Assembly: GCA_014805025.1 (NCBI GenBank)
Contig: JAAUYR010000039.1
Location: 256 to 64,255, forward strand
From: Clostridia bacterium
GTDB lineage: Bacteria > Bacillota > Clostridia > Christensenellales > Borkfalkiaceae
Direction: 5' to 3'
Length of the DNA stretch: 64,000 bases
Shown: piece after piece, positions 37,531 to 46,246 of the stretch
How the letters are laid out: every line of letters begins with the position of its first letter
Position numbering within the stretch: position 1 is the stretch's first letter
Position numbers and translations under genes: made by a program
Notes under the pieces: generated by a model
Seen by the model: only the letters and a program-made list of their open reading frames with translations
The model's database searches: none
Told to the model about the DNA's origin: nothing

Positions 37531-37738
37531 TGTGGATAACTTTATGCTTATCCCCCTCTATGGGCGGCAATATGGCAAGTTTTCCACAAAAAGTTGTCCA
37601 CATTTTAATTGTGAATAGTATTTTACAATATATTATTTAAAAAATTTATCCACAATTTATCCACACGGGTGTTAAAATGATGTAAATTTCGACAATTTCA
37701 GTGTTAATTTTATAATATTTTAAAATATGTTATCCACA
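37531..37738. promoter_or_regulatory. DnaA-box cluster (four perfect and two one-mismatch boxes) with AT-rich tracts
   Basis: Perfect TTATCCACA boxes lie at 37531-37539 (minus strand), 37646-37654, 37657-37665 and 37730-37738. One-mismatch boxes are TTTTCCACA at 37580-37588 and TTGTCCACA at 37594-37602. Confidence 0.8.
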
Positions 37739-37744
37739 ATGTAT

Positions 37745-37777
37745 AGCGGCGGCAACCTTTTTAAGGTTGCCGCCGCT
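37745..37777 (-). terminator. Terminator after dnaJ
   Basis: agcggcggcaacctt / ttt / aaggttgccgccgct. Confidence 0.75.
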
Positions 37778-37795
37778 TTAATTAATGCTGTAATA

Positions 37796-38938
37796 TCACT
37801 GTTTTTCAACCTTTTTGCCGTAAATTGCCGAAAGGTTGTTGGAATACTTCTGCATATTCTCGCAGGATTTCAAAGGCACGCACTCTTCGAAGTCTGCAAG
37901 CTTTTTGGTCTGCTCGCGCGAAAGCTTAGAAGGCACGTCTATTTCAACCGTCACGTAGAGGTTACCCGTACCGTTCACGGTCTTAACGCCCTTGCCGCGC
38001 ATACAGAACCTCGTGCCCGAAGCCGTGCATTCTGGAATACTCAATTCCAGCGTATCGTCTATGCCGGGCACTTGAATTTTGCCGCCCATAACCGCAGTTT
38101 TATAGGATATAGGCACGGTAACGTACAAGTCTCTGTCCTCGCGGCGCAGCATTTTGTGCGGCTCTATACGGAAGTAAACGTACAAATCGCCGCTTTCGCC
38201 GCCGTTCCCGGCCGCCTGACCGAAGCCGCGCTTTCTTAAACTGCTGTCCTTATCTACGCCCGCGGGTATATTTACGGTAAAGCTCGTTTCCTTTCTCTGA
38301 TAGCCCTTACCCTTGCAGTAGGGGCATTTATCCGTTATCTTCTTGCCCGTGCCGCCGCAGTCGGGGCAAGCGCCGACCTGTATCGTCCTGCCGAAAATAG
38401 TATCCTGCTGAAACTTTACTCTGCCGCTGCCGCCGCAACGCGAGCACTTCTGAAATGCAGTGCCGTCCTTAGCGCCCGTGCCGCCGCACGAAGTACACGG
38501 CTCGTTGCGCATATAGCTGACCGTCTTGGAACAGCCCTTGATAGCATCCAGAAAGGATAGATTTATAGTCTGCTCTATATCCGCGCCGCGCGGAGTTGAG
38601 GCCTCCGCTCTGCCGCCGAAGCCACCGAACATTGAACTTATGATATCCTCGAAGCCGCCCATGCCGCCCGAGAACCCACCCGAAAAACCTCCGAACGGAT
38701 TTCCGCCGCCCATACCGGGGTGTTCAAGCTCGTAGTCGTACTGCTTGCGCTTGTTCTCGTCTGAAAGTACTTCGTTGGCCTCGTTTATCTCTTTGAACTT
38801 CTCGGCAGCCGCCGCATCGCCGGGATGAAAGTCGGGGTGATACTGCTTTGCAAGCTTTCTGTAAGCCGACTTGATTTCGTCCGCCGAAGCCGTCTTGGAA
38901 ACGCCGAGAATATCGTAATAATTTTTCTTATCCGCCAT
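37796..38938 (-). CDS. dnaJ: Molecular chaperone DnaJ
   Basis: J domain with HPD, a G/F-rich linker and four CxxCxGxG zinc motifs. Confidence 0.95.
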   Translation of the reverse strand: MADKKNYYDILGVSKTASADEIKSAYRKLAKQYHPDFHPGDAAAAEKFKEINEANEVLSDENKRKQYDYELEHPGMGGGNPFGGFSGGFSGGMGGFEDIISSMFGGFGGRAEASTPRGADIEQTINLSFLDAIKGCSKTVSYMRNEPCTSCGGTGAKDGTAFQKCSRCGGSGRVKFQQDTIFGRTIQVGACPDCGGTGKKITDKCPYCKGKGYQRKETSFTVNIPAGVDKDSSLRKRGFGQAAGNGGESGDLYVYFRIEPHKMLRREDRDLYVTVPISYKTAVMGGKIQVPGIDDTLELSIPECTASGTRFCMRGKGVKTVNGTGNLYVTVEIDVPSKLSREQTKKLADFEECVPLKSCENMQKYSNNLSAIYGKKVEKQ

Positions 38939-39014
38939 AATTGACCCTATACTATGCTTTAAATACCGCTTAAAGGGGTGTTTGAAAACACCCCTTTATA
39001 ACCGGTTCGGATTT

Positions 39015-40811
39015 TTAAGAATGCTGATTAAACTCAGTACCGTCGTCGCCGCCGGGATTACCGCCGTTTGCCGCACCCTGAGCCTGTTGATACATCTTTG
39101 CTACTACGGGCTGAACTTCGTTTGTCAGAGTTTCCATAGCCGCCTTAATGCGGTCGTTATCGTCCGATTCAAGCTCGGTCTTAGCCTTTGCAACCGCGTC
39201 CTCTATCGTCTTTTTATCTTCGTCCGAAAGCTTGTCGCCGGCCTCTTTAACCGTCTTTTCAAGGTTATCTATCATACCTTCGAGGTTGTTTTTGTTGTCG
39301 ACCGCCTCTTTACGCTTCTTGTCCTCTTCGGCGTATTTCTCGGCGTCCTTAACGGCCTTGTCGATATCCTCTTCGGAAAGGTTCGTTGAAGCGGTTATCG
39401 TTATATTAGTACTCTTACCCGTACCCAAATCTTTTGCGGTAACGTTCACAATGCCGTTTGCGTCCACGTCGAAAGTAACCTCTATCTGAGGCACGCCGCG
39501 AGGTGCGGGGGGAATATCCGTAAGCATGAACTTGCCGAGCGACTTATTGTCACGCGCGAACTTTCTTTCACCCTGCAAAACGTTGATTTCAACGCCGGGC
39601 TGATTATCTGCCGCCGTAGAGAAAACCTGGCTCTTCTTAACGGGAATAGTCGTGTTCCTTTCGATAAGCGGAGTCGAAACGCCGCCCAAGGTTTCAATGC
39701 CGAGGGTTAAGGGCATAACGTCGAGCAAAAGCACATCCTTAACTTCGCCGGAAAGCACGCCGCCCTGAATTGCCGCGCCGATAGCGACGCACTCGTCGGG
39801 GTTGATGCCCTTGAAAGGCTCTTTACCGGTAACCTGCTTAACCTTATCGAATACGGCGGGGATACGCGTAGAGCCGCCCACCATTATAACCTTTGAAATA
39901 TCTCCGTACGAAAGCCCAGCGTCCTGCATAGCCTTTCTCATAGGCTCAACCGTGCGCTCTACGAGGTCTTTGGTTAAGCTGTCGAACTTCTGCTTTGAAA
40001 TATCTATATCGAGGTGCTGAGGCGCGCCGTCTACAACCGTAATGAACGGAAGGTTGACGTTGGTCGTGCTCATACCGGAAAGCTCTATCTTAGCCTTTTC
40101 AGCGGCCTCTTTAAGCCTCTGCATAGCCATCTTATCCTTGGAAAGGTCAACGCCCGTTTCCTTTTTGAAGCTCTCCACAAGGTAGTCCATAACTTTCTGG
40201 TCGAAGTCGTCGCCGCCGAGGTGAGTATCGCCGTTGGTTGCCAGAACTTCGAATACGCCGTCGCCGATTTCGAGAATGGAAACGTCGAACGTACCGCCGC
40301 CAAGGTCGTAAATCATTACCTTCTGGCTGCCTTCCTGCTTATCGAGGCCGTATGCAAGCGCCGCCGCCGTAGGCTCGTTTATAATACGCAGAACGTTGAG
40401 GCCGGCAATTTTACCCGCATCCTTGGTTGCCTGGCGCTGGCTGTCGTTGAAGTATGCCGGGCAGGTTATAACCGCGTCGGTCACCTTGCCGCCGAGGTAG
40501 CTTTCCGCGTCGGCTTTAAGCTTTGAAAGCACCATTGCGGAAATTTCCTGAGGCGAAAATCCCTTATCGATATTTACTTTATACGATTCGCCCATATGAC
40601 GCTTTATGGAAATAACCGTCTTGTCGGGCTGAGCTACGGCAAGTCTTTTTGCCGCCTGACCGACAACGCGGCTTCCGTCCGCCTTGAACGATACGACCGA
40701 GGGCGTGGTTCTGTTGCCCTCGCTGTTAGCTATTACGACGGGCTCGCCGCCTTCCATTACCGCTACGCACGAGTTGGTCGTGCCTAAATCTATACCTATT
40801 ACCTTTCCCAT
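39015..40811 (-). CDS. dnaK: Molecular chaperone DnaK (Hsp70)
   Basis: [17 protein letters not shown] and the other Hsp70 signatures. Length is 598 aa. Confidence 0.97.
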   Translation of the reverse strand: MGKVIGIDLGTTNSCVAVMEGGEPVVIANSEGNRTTPSVVSFKADGSRVVGQAAKRLAVAQPDKTVISIKRHMGESYKVNIDKGFSPQEISAMVLSKLKADAESYLGGKVTDAVITCPAYFNDSQRQATKDAGKIAGLNVLRIINEPTAAALAYGLDKQEGSQKVMIYDLGGGTFDVSILEIGDGVFEVLATNGDTHLGGDDFDQKVMDYLVESFKKETGVDLSKDKMAMQRLKEAAEKAKIELSGMSTTNVNLPFITVVDGAPQHLDIDISKQKFDSLTKDLVERTVEPMRKAMQDAGLSYGDISKVIMVGGSTRIPAVFDKVKQVTGKEPFKGINPDECVAIGAAIQGGVLSGEVKDVLLLDVMPLTLGIETLGGVSTPLIERNTTIPVKKSQVFSTAADNQPGVEINVLQGERKFARDNKSLGKFMLTDIPPAPRGVPQIEVTFDVDANGIVNVTAKDLGTGKSTNITITASTNLSEEDIDKAVKDAEKYAEEDKKRKEAVDNKNNLEGMIDNLEKTVKEAGDKLSDEDKKTIEDAVAKAKTELESDDNDRIKAAMETLTNEVQPVVAKMYQQAQGAANGGNPGGDDGTEFNQHS

Positions 40812-40837
40812 AAAAAAACTCCTTTTTTCCTTTTATT

Positions 40838-41365
40838 TCAAACGGTTACGGTAACCTGCGCAAAACGGATTACCTTGTCCCCCGATTTATATCCTTTCTT
40901 TAAAACCTGCTTTACGGTGTTGGGCTTCTCGCCGTCCTCGCAAGGGAAGTTCATTATAGCTTCCATCTCGCTTTCATCGAAGGGCGCGCCGGCCGATATT
41001 GCAATTTCCTCGACGCCAAGCGAGCTTAAAACGGTTGTAAAGCTTTTAATTACCTTTTCAATGCCTGCCCTGGTCTTTTCGTCGCTTGCGCCGTCAAGCG
41101 CGTAACCGAAGTTATCCGCAACCGGCAAAAGCTTTAAAATTGCTTCCGCCGCGCCGTCTGCGTACGCCTTGGATACTGCCGCAGTGTTGCGCTTTCTGTA
41201 ATTGTCATACTCGGCAGAAACGGAATACCATTTGCGCTTATAGTCCTCTGCAAGCGCCTGAGCCTTTTCAAGTTCGGAAGATTCTTTCTCGGAAGGTTCG
41301 CTTTCGACAACCTCTTCCGCTACGGCTTCCTCTGTTTTGATTTCTTCTTTCTTTTTAGCCATCAC
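40838..41365 (-). CDS. grpE: Nucleotide exchange factor GrpE
   Basis: Acidic N-terminus and RKR..E GrpE motifs. It lies upstream of dnaK. Confidence 0.9.
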   Translation of the reverse strand: MMAKKKEEIKTEEAVAEEVVESEPSEKESSELEKAQALAEDYKRKWYSVSAEYDNYRKRNTAAVSKAYADGAAEAILKLLPVADNFGYALDGASDEKTRAGIEKVIKSFTTVLSSLGVEEIAISAGAPFDESEMEAIMNFPCEDGEKPNTVKQVLKKGYKSGDKVIRFAQVTVTV

Positions 41366-41472
41366 AAATTCCTGTAACTTTTTAATCTACAATATTAATA
41401 TAAAGCTTTATTTCCCCCGTTAAACAAAAAAGTAACATTTTTTTATTTAAAATTTATTGTCGCGCTTCCGGC

Positions 41473-41501
41473 TTGACACCGCGCCGCCTTTATTCTATAA
41501 T
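41473..41501 (+). promoter_or_regulatory. Consensus promoter TTGACA-17-TATAAT, with the ATG 10 nt after the -10
   Basis: -35 at 41473-41478, -10 at 41496-41501, ATG at 41512. The ORF-track TTG start is the -35 hexamer itself. Confidence 0.65.
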
Positions 41502-41511
41502 TTTTAACCGA

Positions 41512-42216
41512 ATGAAATTACGAAATCCTTTTAAAAGCTTAACCAAATTCGAGTGGGCGCTTTGGATATGCTCGCTTGCCGCGGTTATAATATCTTTTTT
41601 TGCAGCGCGCAATACCGACTACGCAACACTCGCCGTATCTCTTATCGGCGTAACCTCGCTGATATTCGCCGCAAAGGGCGACCCGTTCGGGCTGATGATT
41701 ATGCTGGTATTCAGTCTTACCTACGCGTTCGTTTCGTACTGCTTCGGCTACTACGGTGAAATGATAATTTACCTTTGTATGCAGTTGCCCGTCTGTATTA
41801 CCTCGCTCGTAAGCTGGCTTAAACACCCTGCAAAAGAGGGCGGCGGTGAGGCCAAAGTTGGCAGTTTGCCCCCCAAGTATGCCGTAGTTATGTGTGTTTT
41901 GGCGGCGGCGGTAACAACTGCGTTCTACTTTATTCTGCGTGCGTTCAATACCGCGAATCTTATCGTAAGCACCCTGTCCGTAGGCACAAGTTTTATTGCG
42001 TTATACCTTATGGTATTCCGCGTTCCGGCGTACGCCGCGGCGTTCACGCTGAACGATATAGTGCTAATAGTTTTATGGTCGTTTGCCTGCGTGCAGTCGC
42101 TCAACTACATACCAATGGTCGTGTGTTTTACCGTATTCCTCATTAACGACATTTACGGCTTCATAAGCTGGACGCGCCGAAAGAAAAAACAAAACGAAAA
42201 GCCGTCGGAAGAATAA
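41512..42216 (+). CDS. pnuC: Nicotinamide riboside transporter PnuC
   Basis: 7-TM protein with a PnuC-like C-terminus (NDIYGFISW). It is adjacent to the NAD genes. Confidence 0.75.
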   Translation: MKLRNPFKSLTKFEWALWICSLAAVIISFFAARNTDYATLAVSLIGVTSLIFAAKGDPFGLMIMLVFSLTYAFVSYCFGYYGEMIIYLCMQLPVCITSLVSWLKHPAKEGGGEAKVGSLPPKYAVVMCVLAAAVTTAFYFILRAFNTANLIVSTLSVGTSFIALYLMVFRVPAYAAAFTLNDIVLIVLWSFACVQSLNYIPMVVCFTVFLINDIYGFISWTRRKKKQNEKPSEE

Positions 42217-42230
42217 GCTTCCGACGGCTT

Positions 42231-42740
42231 TTAAATTTCTATTAAAAATCCCTTTTCTCTGAGCTTTGTTTCAATTGCGTTTAAAACTTCCTCGCTCGGC
42301 GCGGAAACGGTGTGGTAGTGATATCCGTCCGTTACGCTCATAAGCGGCTTTGACGCGCCAGAAACAAGCGAGCGGTACAGCTCCTCGACGTGCGTTCGGT
42401 TGTATAAATCCAGCCTCGCCGAAATTCTGCCGTAGACCCTGTGGTTTACAAAAATGTCCTCAACCTTGCCGCCAAGCTCTATAATCAAAACGCCCTCGTC
42501 CACTATCTCGTCAAAGGTATGCCGACATTTAAACACCCTTGACGCCTGAACTTTTACGTTTAAAACGTATCCCCTGTTAGTGGACGTTATATCGTAGCCG
42601 CCGGCCCTTAAAACGGCTATATCCTGCACTATAACCTGTCTTGAAACGTTAAAGCGCTCCTTTAAAACGTTAGCCGGAATGGGGTTATCGGTGTTGCCCA
42701 AAAGGCTTAAAATTTCCTCGCGCCGTTTTTCCGCCTTCAT
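42231..42740 (-). CDS. niaR: NAD-biosynthesis transcription repressor NiaR (HTH_11 plus 3H domain)
   Basis: N-terminal wHTH and a 3H domain with conserved His residues (CRHT, VNHR, GYHYHT). It is co-operonic with nadBC. Confidence 0.8.
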   Translation of the reverse strand: MKAEKRREEILSLLGNTDNPIPANVLKERFNVSRQVIVQDIAVLRAGGYDITSTNRGYVLNVKVQASRVFKCRHTFDEIVDEGVLIIELGGKVEDIFVNHRVYGRISARLDLYNRTHVEELYRSLVSGASKPLMSVTDGYHYHTVSAPSEEVLNAIETKLREKGFLIEI

Positions 42741-43585
42741 TTCTCCTCCACGGGCTTTAAGTTTTTAAGCGATAAATCGAGTATCGGCGCGGAATGAGTA
42801 AGCGCTCCGCTCGATACGAAATCGACTCCGCAGTCTATTATGTTTTTAATGTTCTCGCGAGTAACGTTGCCGCTGCACTCGGTAAGCGCCCTGCCGCCTA
42901 TAAGCTTAACCGCCGCCTTCATTTCGGCGGGCGACATATTGTCAAGCATTATAATATCCGCACCGGCCTCTACCGCCTCGCGACACATTTCCAGGTTTTC
43001 CACTTCCACTTCAACCTTGTGCACGAACGAGCAATAGCTTTTAGCCGCAAGCACGGCCTCCTTAACGCCGCCGGCAGCGCCGATATGGTTGTCTTTAAGC
43101 ATTACCCCGTCCGATAAATTGTATCGGTGGTTGTTTCCTCCGCCGACCTTTACGGCGTATTTTTCGAATATCCTCATATTCGGAGTAGTCTTGCGCGTAT
43201 CTAAAAGCTTGGTCTTACTGCCCTTTAAAAGCGCGGCAACCTCCGCGGTATAAGTTGCTATTCCGCTCATTCTTTGAAGATAATTCAAAGCCGTGCGCTC
43301 GCCCGATAAAAGCACGCGGATATCGCCCGTTAGTGTGGCAATATGCTGGCCTTTCGCCACTTTTTCGCCGTCGTTCACATAGAACTCAAACTGCGTGTTT
43401 TTATCCAGAATTTCAAAGGTATGCGCAAAAACTTCCAGTCCGCAGATTATGCCGTCCTGCTTGCATATGAGCTGAACGGTACCCTTTTTATATTCCTTGA
43501 TTACCGAGTTCGTGCTTATGTCCTCGCTCGTTATATCCTCTTTAAGCGCAAGCCTTATCAGCTCGTCCATATTACTGTTAAACAC
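42737..43585 (-). CDS. nadC: Nicotinate-nucleotide pyrophosphorylase (carboxylating)
   Basis: ERTALN, LDTRKT, HRYNLSD and IMLDNM motifs. Confidence 0.92.
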   Translation of the reverse strand: MFNSNMDELIRLALKEDITSEDISTNSVIKEYKKGTVQLICKQDGIICGLEVFAHTFEILDKNTQFEFYVNDGEKVAKGQHIATLTGDIRVLLSGERTALNYLQRMSGIATYTAEVAALLKGSKTKLLDTRKTTPNMRIFEKYAVKVGGGNNHRYNLSDGVMLKDNHIGAAGGVKEAVLAAKSYCSFVHKVEVEVENLEMCREAVEAGADIIMLDNMSPAEMKAAVKLIGGRALTECSGNVTRENIKNIIDCGVDFVSSGALTHSAPILDLSLKNLKPVEEK

Positions 43586-44879
43586 CGTCCGCCTCCTTAA
43601 TGGCTTTTTTAAGAATTTCCTTTAAACTTTCAAGCAGTTTTTCCGGGTCGGAATATTCCTGCATATCCAGCTTATTTGCGACATATTCGGCACCCAATTT
43701 GTCAAACGCCTTAAAATTTCCGCCTATATCCTTGCCTGCGCGCTCGGCAAACAGCAAGCTTTCCAAAAGCGAGTTCGAAGCAAGTCTGTTTGCGCCGTGC
43801 ACGCCGTTGCAGCAGGTTTCGCCGACTGCGTAAAGCCTGTTCATTGTGGTCTTGCCGTCGAGGTCGCTTCTTATTCCACCCATAAAATAATGCTGAGCCG
43901 GAACAACCGGTATGCACTCTTTAAACACGTCGTAGCCCTCGCTTGCGCAGTGCTCTACGATTCCGGGGAAGTGCTCGCGCACCTCGGCCTCGTCGATAGT
44001 CCGCATATCCAGCCAGACGTGTTTCGTGCCGTCCTTTTTCATCTGTTTTGTAATTTCCGCCGTAACCACGTCGCGCGGCTGCAACTCGTCGGTAAACCGC
44101 TTAAAGTTCTTATCCAGCAATACCGCGCCCTCGCCGCGAACCGATTCAGAAATCAAAAAGCTTCTGCCGCCCTTTTCCGAATACAGCGTTGTGGGGTGTA
44201 TCTGAACGTAGTTCACGTTGTCTACCGCAACTCCGCGCTTTATGGCAATTGCCACGCCGTCGCCCGTCAAAAGACGGAAGTTTGTGGAGTGCTCGTAAAT
44301 GCCGCCTATTCCGCCGCAGGCGAGAACGGTATAGCTTGAAAAAATCTTTAAAACCTTGCCGCTTGCGTTTTCAAGCGCGACAATTCCGAAGCACTCGCCG
44401 TTGTCGGAAATAATATCCAGCATCGTAACTTCGGGCGCAATCTCTACGTTTTTAAGCTTTTCAACGCTCTGCATGAGCCGGGTTGTAATTTCCTTGCCCG
44501 TGCAGTCCTTATGAAAGCATATGCGGTTTCTGGAATGTCCGCCTTCGCGTGTCGCGGCAAGCGTGCCGTCCGCGTTTCGCGCAAAGTCCACTCCAAGCTC
44601 CAAAAGCCCGTCTATAACCTCGGGCGAGGATTTAATCATGCACTCGACCGCGGCAGGGTTATTTTCCGAATGCCCGGCGCGCATTGTGTCGGCAAAGTAG
44701 CTTTCGTAGTCCTCTTCCCCCTGCAAACGGCATATGCCGCCCTGGGCAAGATAGCTGTCGCTCTTTTCGGGCTTGCCCTTGCAGATTAAAAGTATTTTTT
44801 TGTCGCGCGGCAGGTGCAGCGCCGCGTTAAGCCCGGCAACCCCTGCGCCCACGATAATTACGTCGTAAACCTTTTCCAT
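43578..44879 (-). CDS. nadB: L-aspartate oxidase
   Basis: FAD motif DVIIVGAGVAGL and GANRLASNSLLE. The start is set at MEKVYD. Confidence 0.9.
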   Translation of the reverse strand: MEKVYDVIIVGAGVAGLNAALHLPRDKKILLICKGKPEKSDSYLAQGGICRLQGEEDYESYFADTMRAGHSENNPAAVECMIKSSPEVIDGLLELGVDFARNADGTLAATREGGHSRNRICFHKDCTGKEITTRLMQSVEKLKNVEIAPEVTMLDIISDNGECFGIVALENASGKVLKIFSSYTVLACGGIGGIYEHSTNFRLLTGDGVAIAIKRGVAVDNVNYVQIHPTTLYSEKGGRSFLISESVRGEGAVLLDKNFKRFTDELQPRDVVTAEITKQMKKDGTKHVWLDMRTIDEAEVREHFPGIVEHCASEGYDVFKECIPVVPAQHYFMGGIRSDLDGKTTMNRLYAVGETCCNGVHGANRLASNSLLESLLFAERAGKDIGGNFKAFDKLGAEYVANKLDMQEYSDPEKLLESLKEILKKAIKEADGV

Positions 44880-44902
44880 ATTATTCCCTGATATTATATG
44901 CA

Positions 44903-44931
44903 AGTTTACACTAAAACTTTACACCTGTCAA
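44903..44931 (-). promoter_or_regulatory. Candidate nadB promoter TTGACA-17-TAAACT
   Basis: -35 at 44926-44931, -10 at 44903-44908. It overlaps TTTAC repeats and a GTTTACA/TGTAAAC inverted repeat (44904-44944). Confidence 0.45.
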
Positions 44932-45041
44932 GTCATATGTAAACTTTACGCCGATTTTTTTCAAATCGACAAAATTATAATTTTTTTTGCGTGCTTTTAG
45001 CGGCAACGCCGAAATACTATAAAGACGTAAGGAGTAAAATT

Positions 45042-45554
45042 ATGAAAGTATCAGATTTTTACGGCAAAAAAGTCGTCAGTACCGCTGGTAAAAGGGGTTA
45101 CGTCGTTTCGGTGAACGCAAGCGCGGAAAAGGTAGAGTGTTTAATCTGCGCGGACTCGGACGAAAACGAGTTTATGGTAGACGTCAACAACGTCGTACGC
45201 ATAGGCGACACCAAAATTATTTACGATGACCGGGAAACCGCTATGCGCCAGGCAAAGCCCGTGCGCCTTGGCAGCTTATGCTTTGACGAAAGCGGAAACT
45301 ATCTCGGCACGCTTTGCGACTATTTGTTTAACAACCGCGGCTTACAGAAAGCAAAAATCGGCAAAAAAAATTACCCCGCCGAAAGAGTGATTTCCGGCGA
45401 CGTAATTATCGTTAAAGATATTAAAACCGTTAAAAGCGACGTCTTAAAGGACGGCAAAATTTTGATTAAAAAGGGCACGCCCGTAACCGAAGAGGTTTTA
45501 AAGACGGCCGAATCCGAGGGCGAGTACGTTCAGCTTACAATGAAAAGCATTTAA
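45042..45554 (+). CDS. PRC-barrel domain protein (two YlmC/YmxH-like modules)
   Basis: SDFYGKKVVS..GKRGYV and a second LGSLCFDESGNYLG module. AAGGAG SD. Confidence 0.55.
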   Translation: MKVSDFYGKKVVSTAGKRGYVVSVNASAEKVECLICADSDENEFMVDVNNVVRIGDTKIIYDDRETAMRQAKPVRLGSLCFDESGNYLGTLCDYLFNNRGLQKAKIGKKNYPAERVISGDVIIVKDIKTVKSDVLKDGKILIKKGTPVTEEVLKTAESEGEYVQLTMKSI

Positions 45555-46174
45555 ACGTTATACTTTGCCATAAGCTTTAAAAGAGTATTGAAATTATCGT
45601 TTAAAATATCCGACTCCGCAGGGGAAAGCGAGCCCTTTATCTGCAAAACCGCAAGGGTGTTTTTAAGCTTTTCCAGCTCCTGCCTGTCGCTTTTGCCGAG
45701 GTTCTTAGACAAAAGTTTATCGGTTACCGAAACGGCGTGCTCCAACCGCACGCTGTTTTTTGCCGCATGAACTTCGGGGTGCTGGGCCTTGGGCGGAGCA
45801 GGAGCGGCAACCTGCGGTAGCGCCGCCGCAATCGCGGGGGCCTCCACCTGCCGTATCTTTGCGGAAGTTTTGGAAACCGCACACAGCGCGCCGTACAATA
45901 AATACCCTATCACCCAGAAAAGCGCGGTAATCAAAACGGACTGCGCAAACTCGCACTTTAACAGGAACAAAGCGAGATTGACCGCGGCATATGCGTTAGT
46001 TAAGCACAAAAACGGGCGTTTGGAAAGTTGCTTTACCTTCCTCAATTTAAGCGAAAGTATAAAGCTTATCAAAAAGATAGCGGCAAACGACCCCCATACC
46101 GTCCATACGAGCGCGTCAAAGGGAATTTTAGCAACCAAAGCGTAAATTTTATTTGCAAATTCAGATAACATCAC
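45551..46174 (-). CDS. Hypothetical membrane protein
   Basis: Three predicted N-terminal TM helices, an Ala/Pro-rich linker and a helical C-terminus. No family recognised. Confidence 0.5.
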   Translation of the reverse strand: MMLSEFANKIYALVAKIPFDALVWTVWGSFAAIFLISFILSLKLRKVKQLSKRPFLCLTNAYAAVNLALFLLKCEFAQSVLITALFWVIGYLLYGALCAVSKTSAKIRQVEAPAIAAALPQVAAPAPPKAQHPEVHAAKNSVRLEHAVSVTDKLLSKNLGKSDRQELEKLKNTLAVLQIKGSLSPAESDILNDNFNTLLKLMAKYNV

Positions 46175-46246
46175 GCTTAAATTATAGCCGAATTATTTTA
46201 AAAACCCCCTCATATATGGTCGAAATAACACTTATTTTGTCTGTAA

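Noticed and set aside
37531-37738. Calling the DnaA-box cluster the chromosomal replication origin (oriC).
   Set aside because: No dnaA, dnaN or rpmH is nearby. Coding-strand bias is predominantly minus on both sides rather than switching at this point. I keep it as a DnaA-box cluster of unknown role.
41366-41472. A CIRCE or CtsR operator upstream of grpE.
   Set aside because: Neither TTAGCACTC/GAGTGCTAA nor GGTCAAA repeats are present on either strand.
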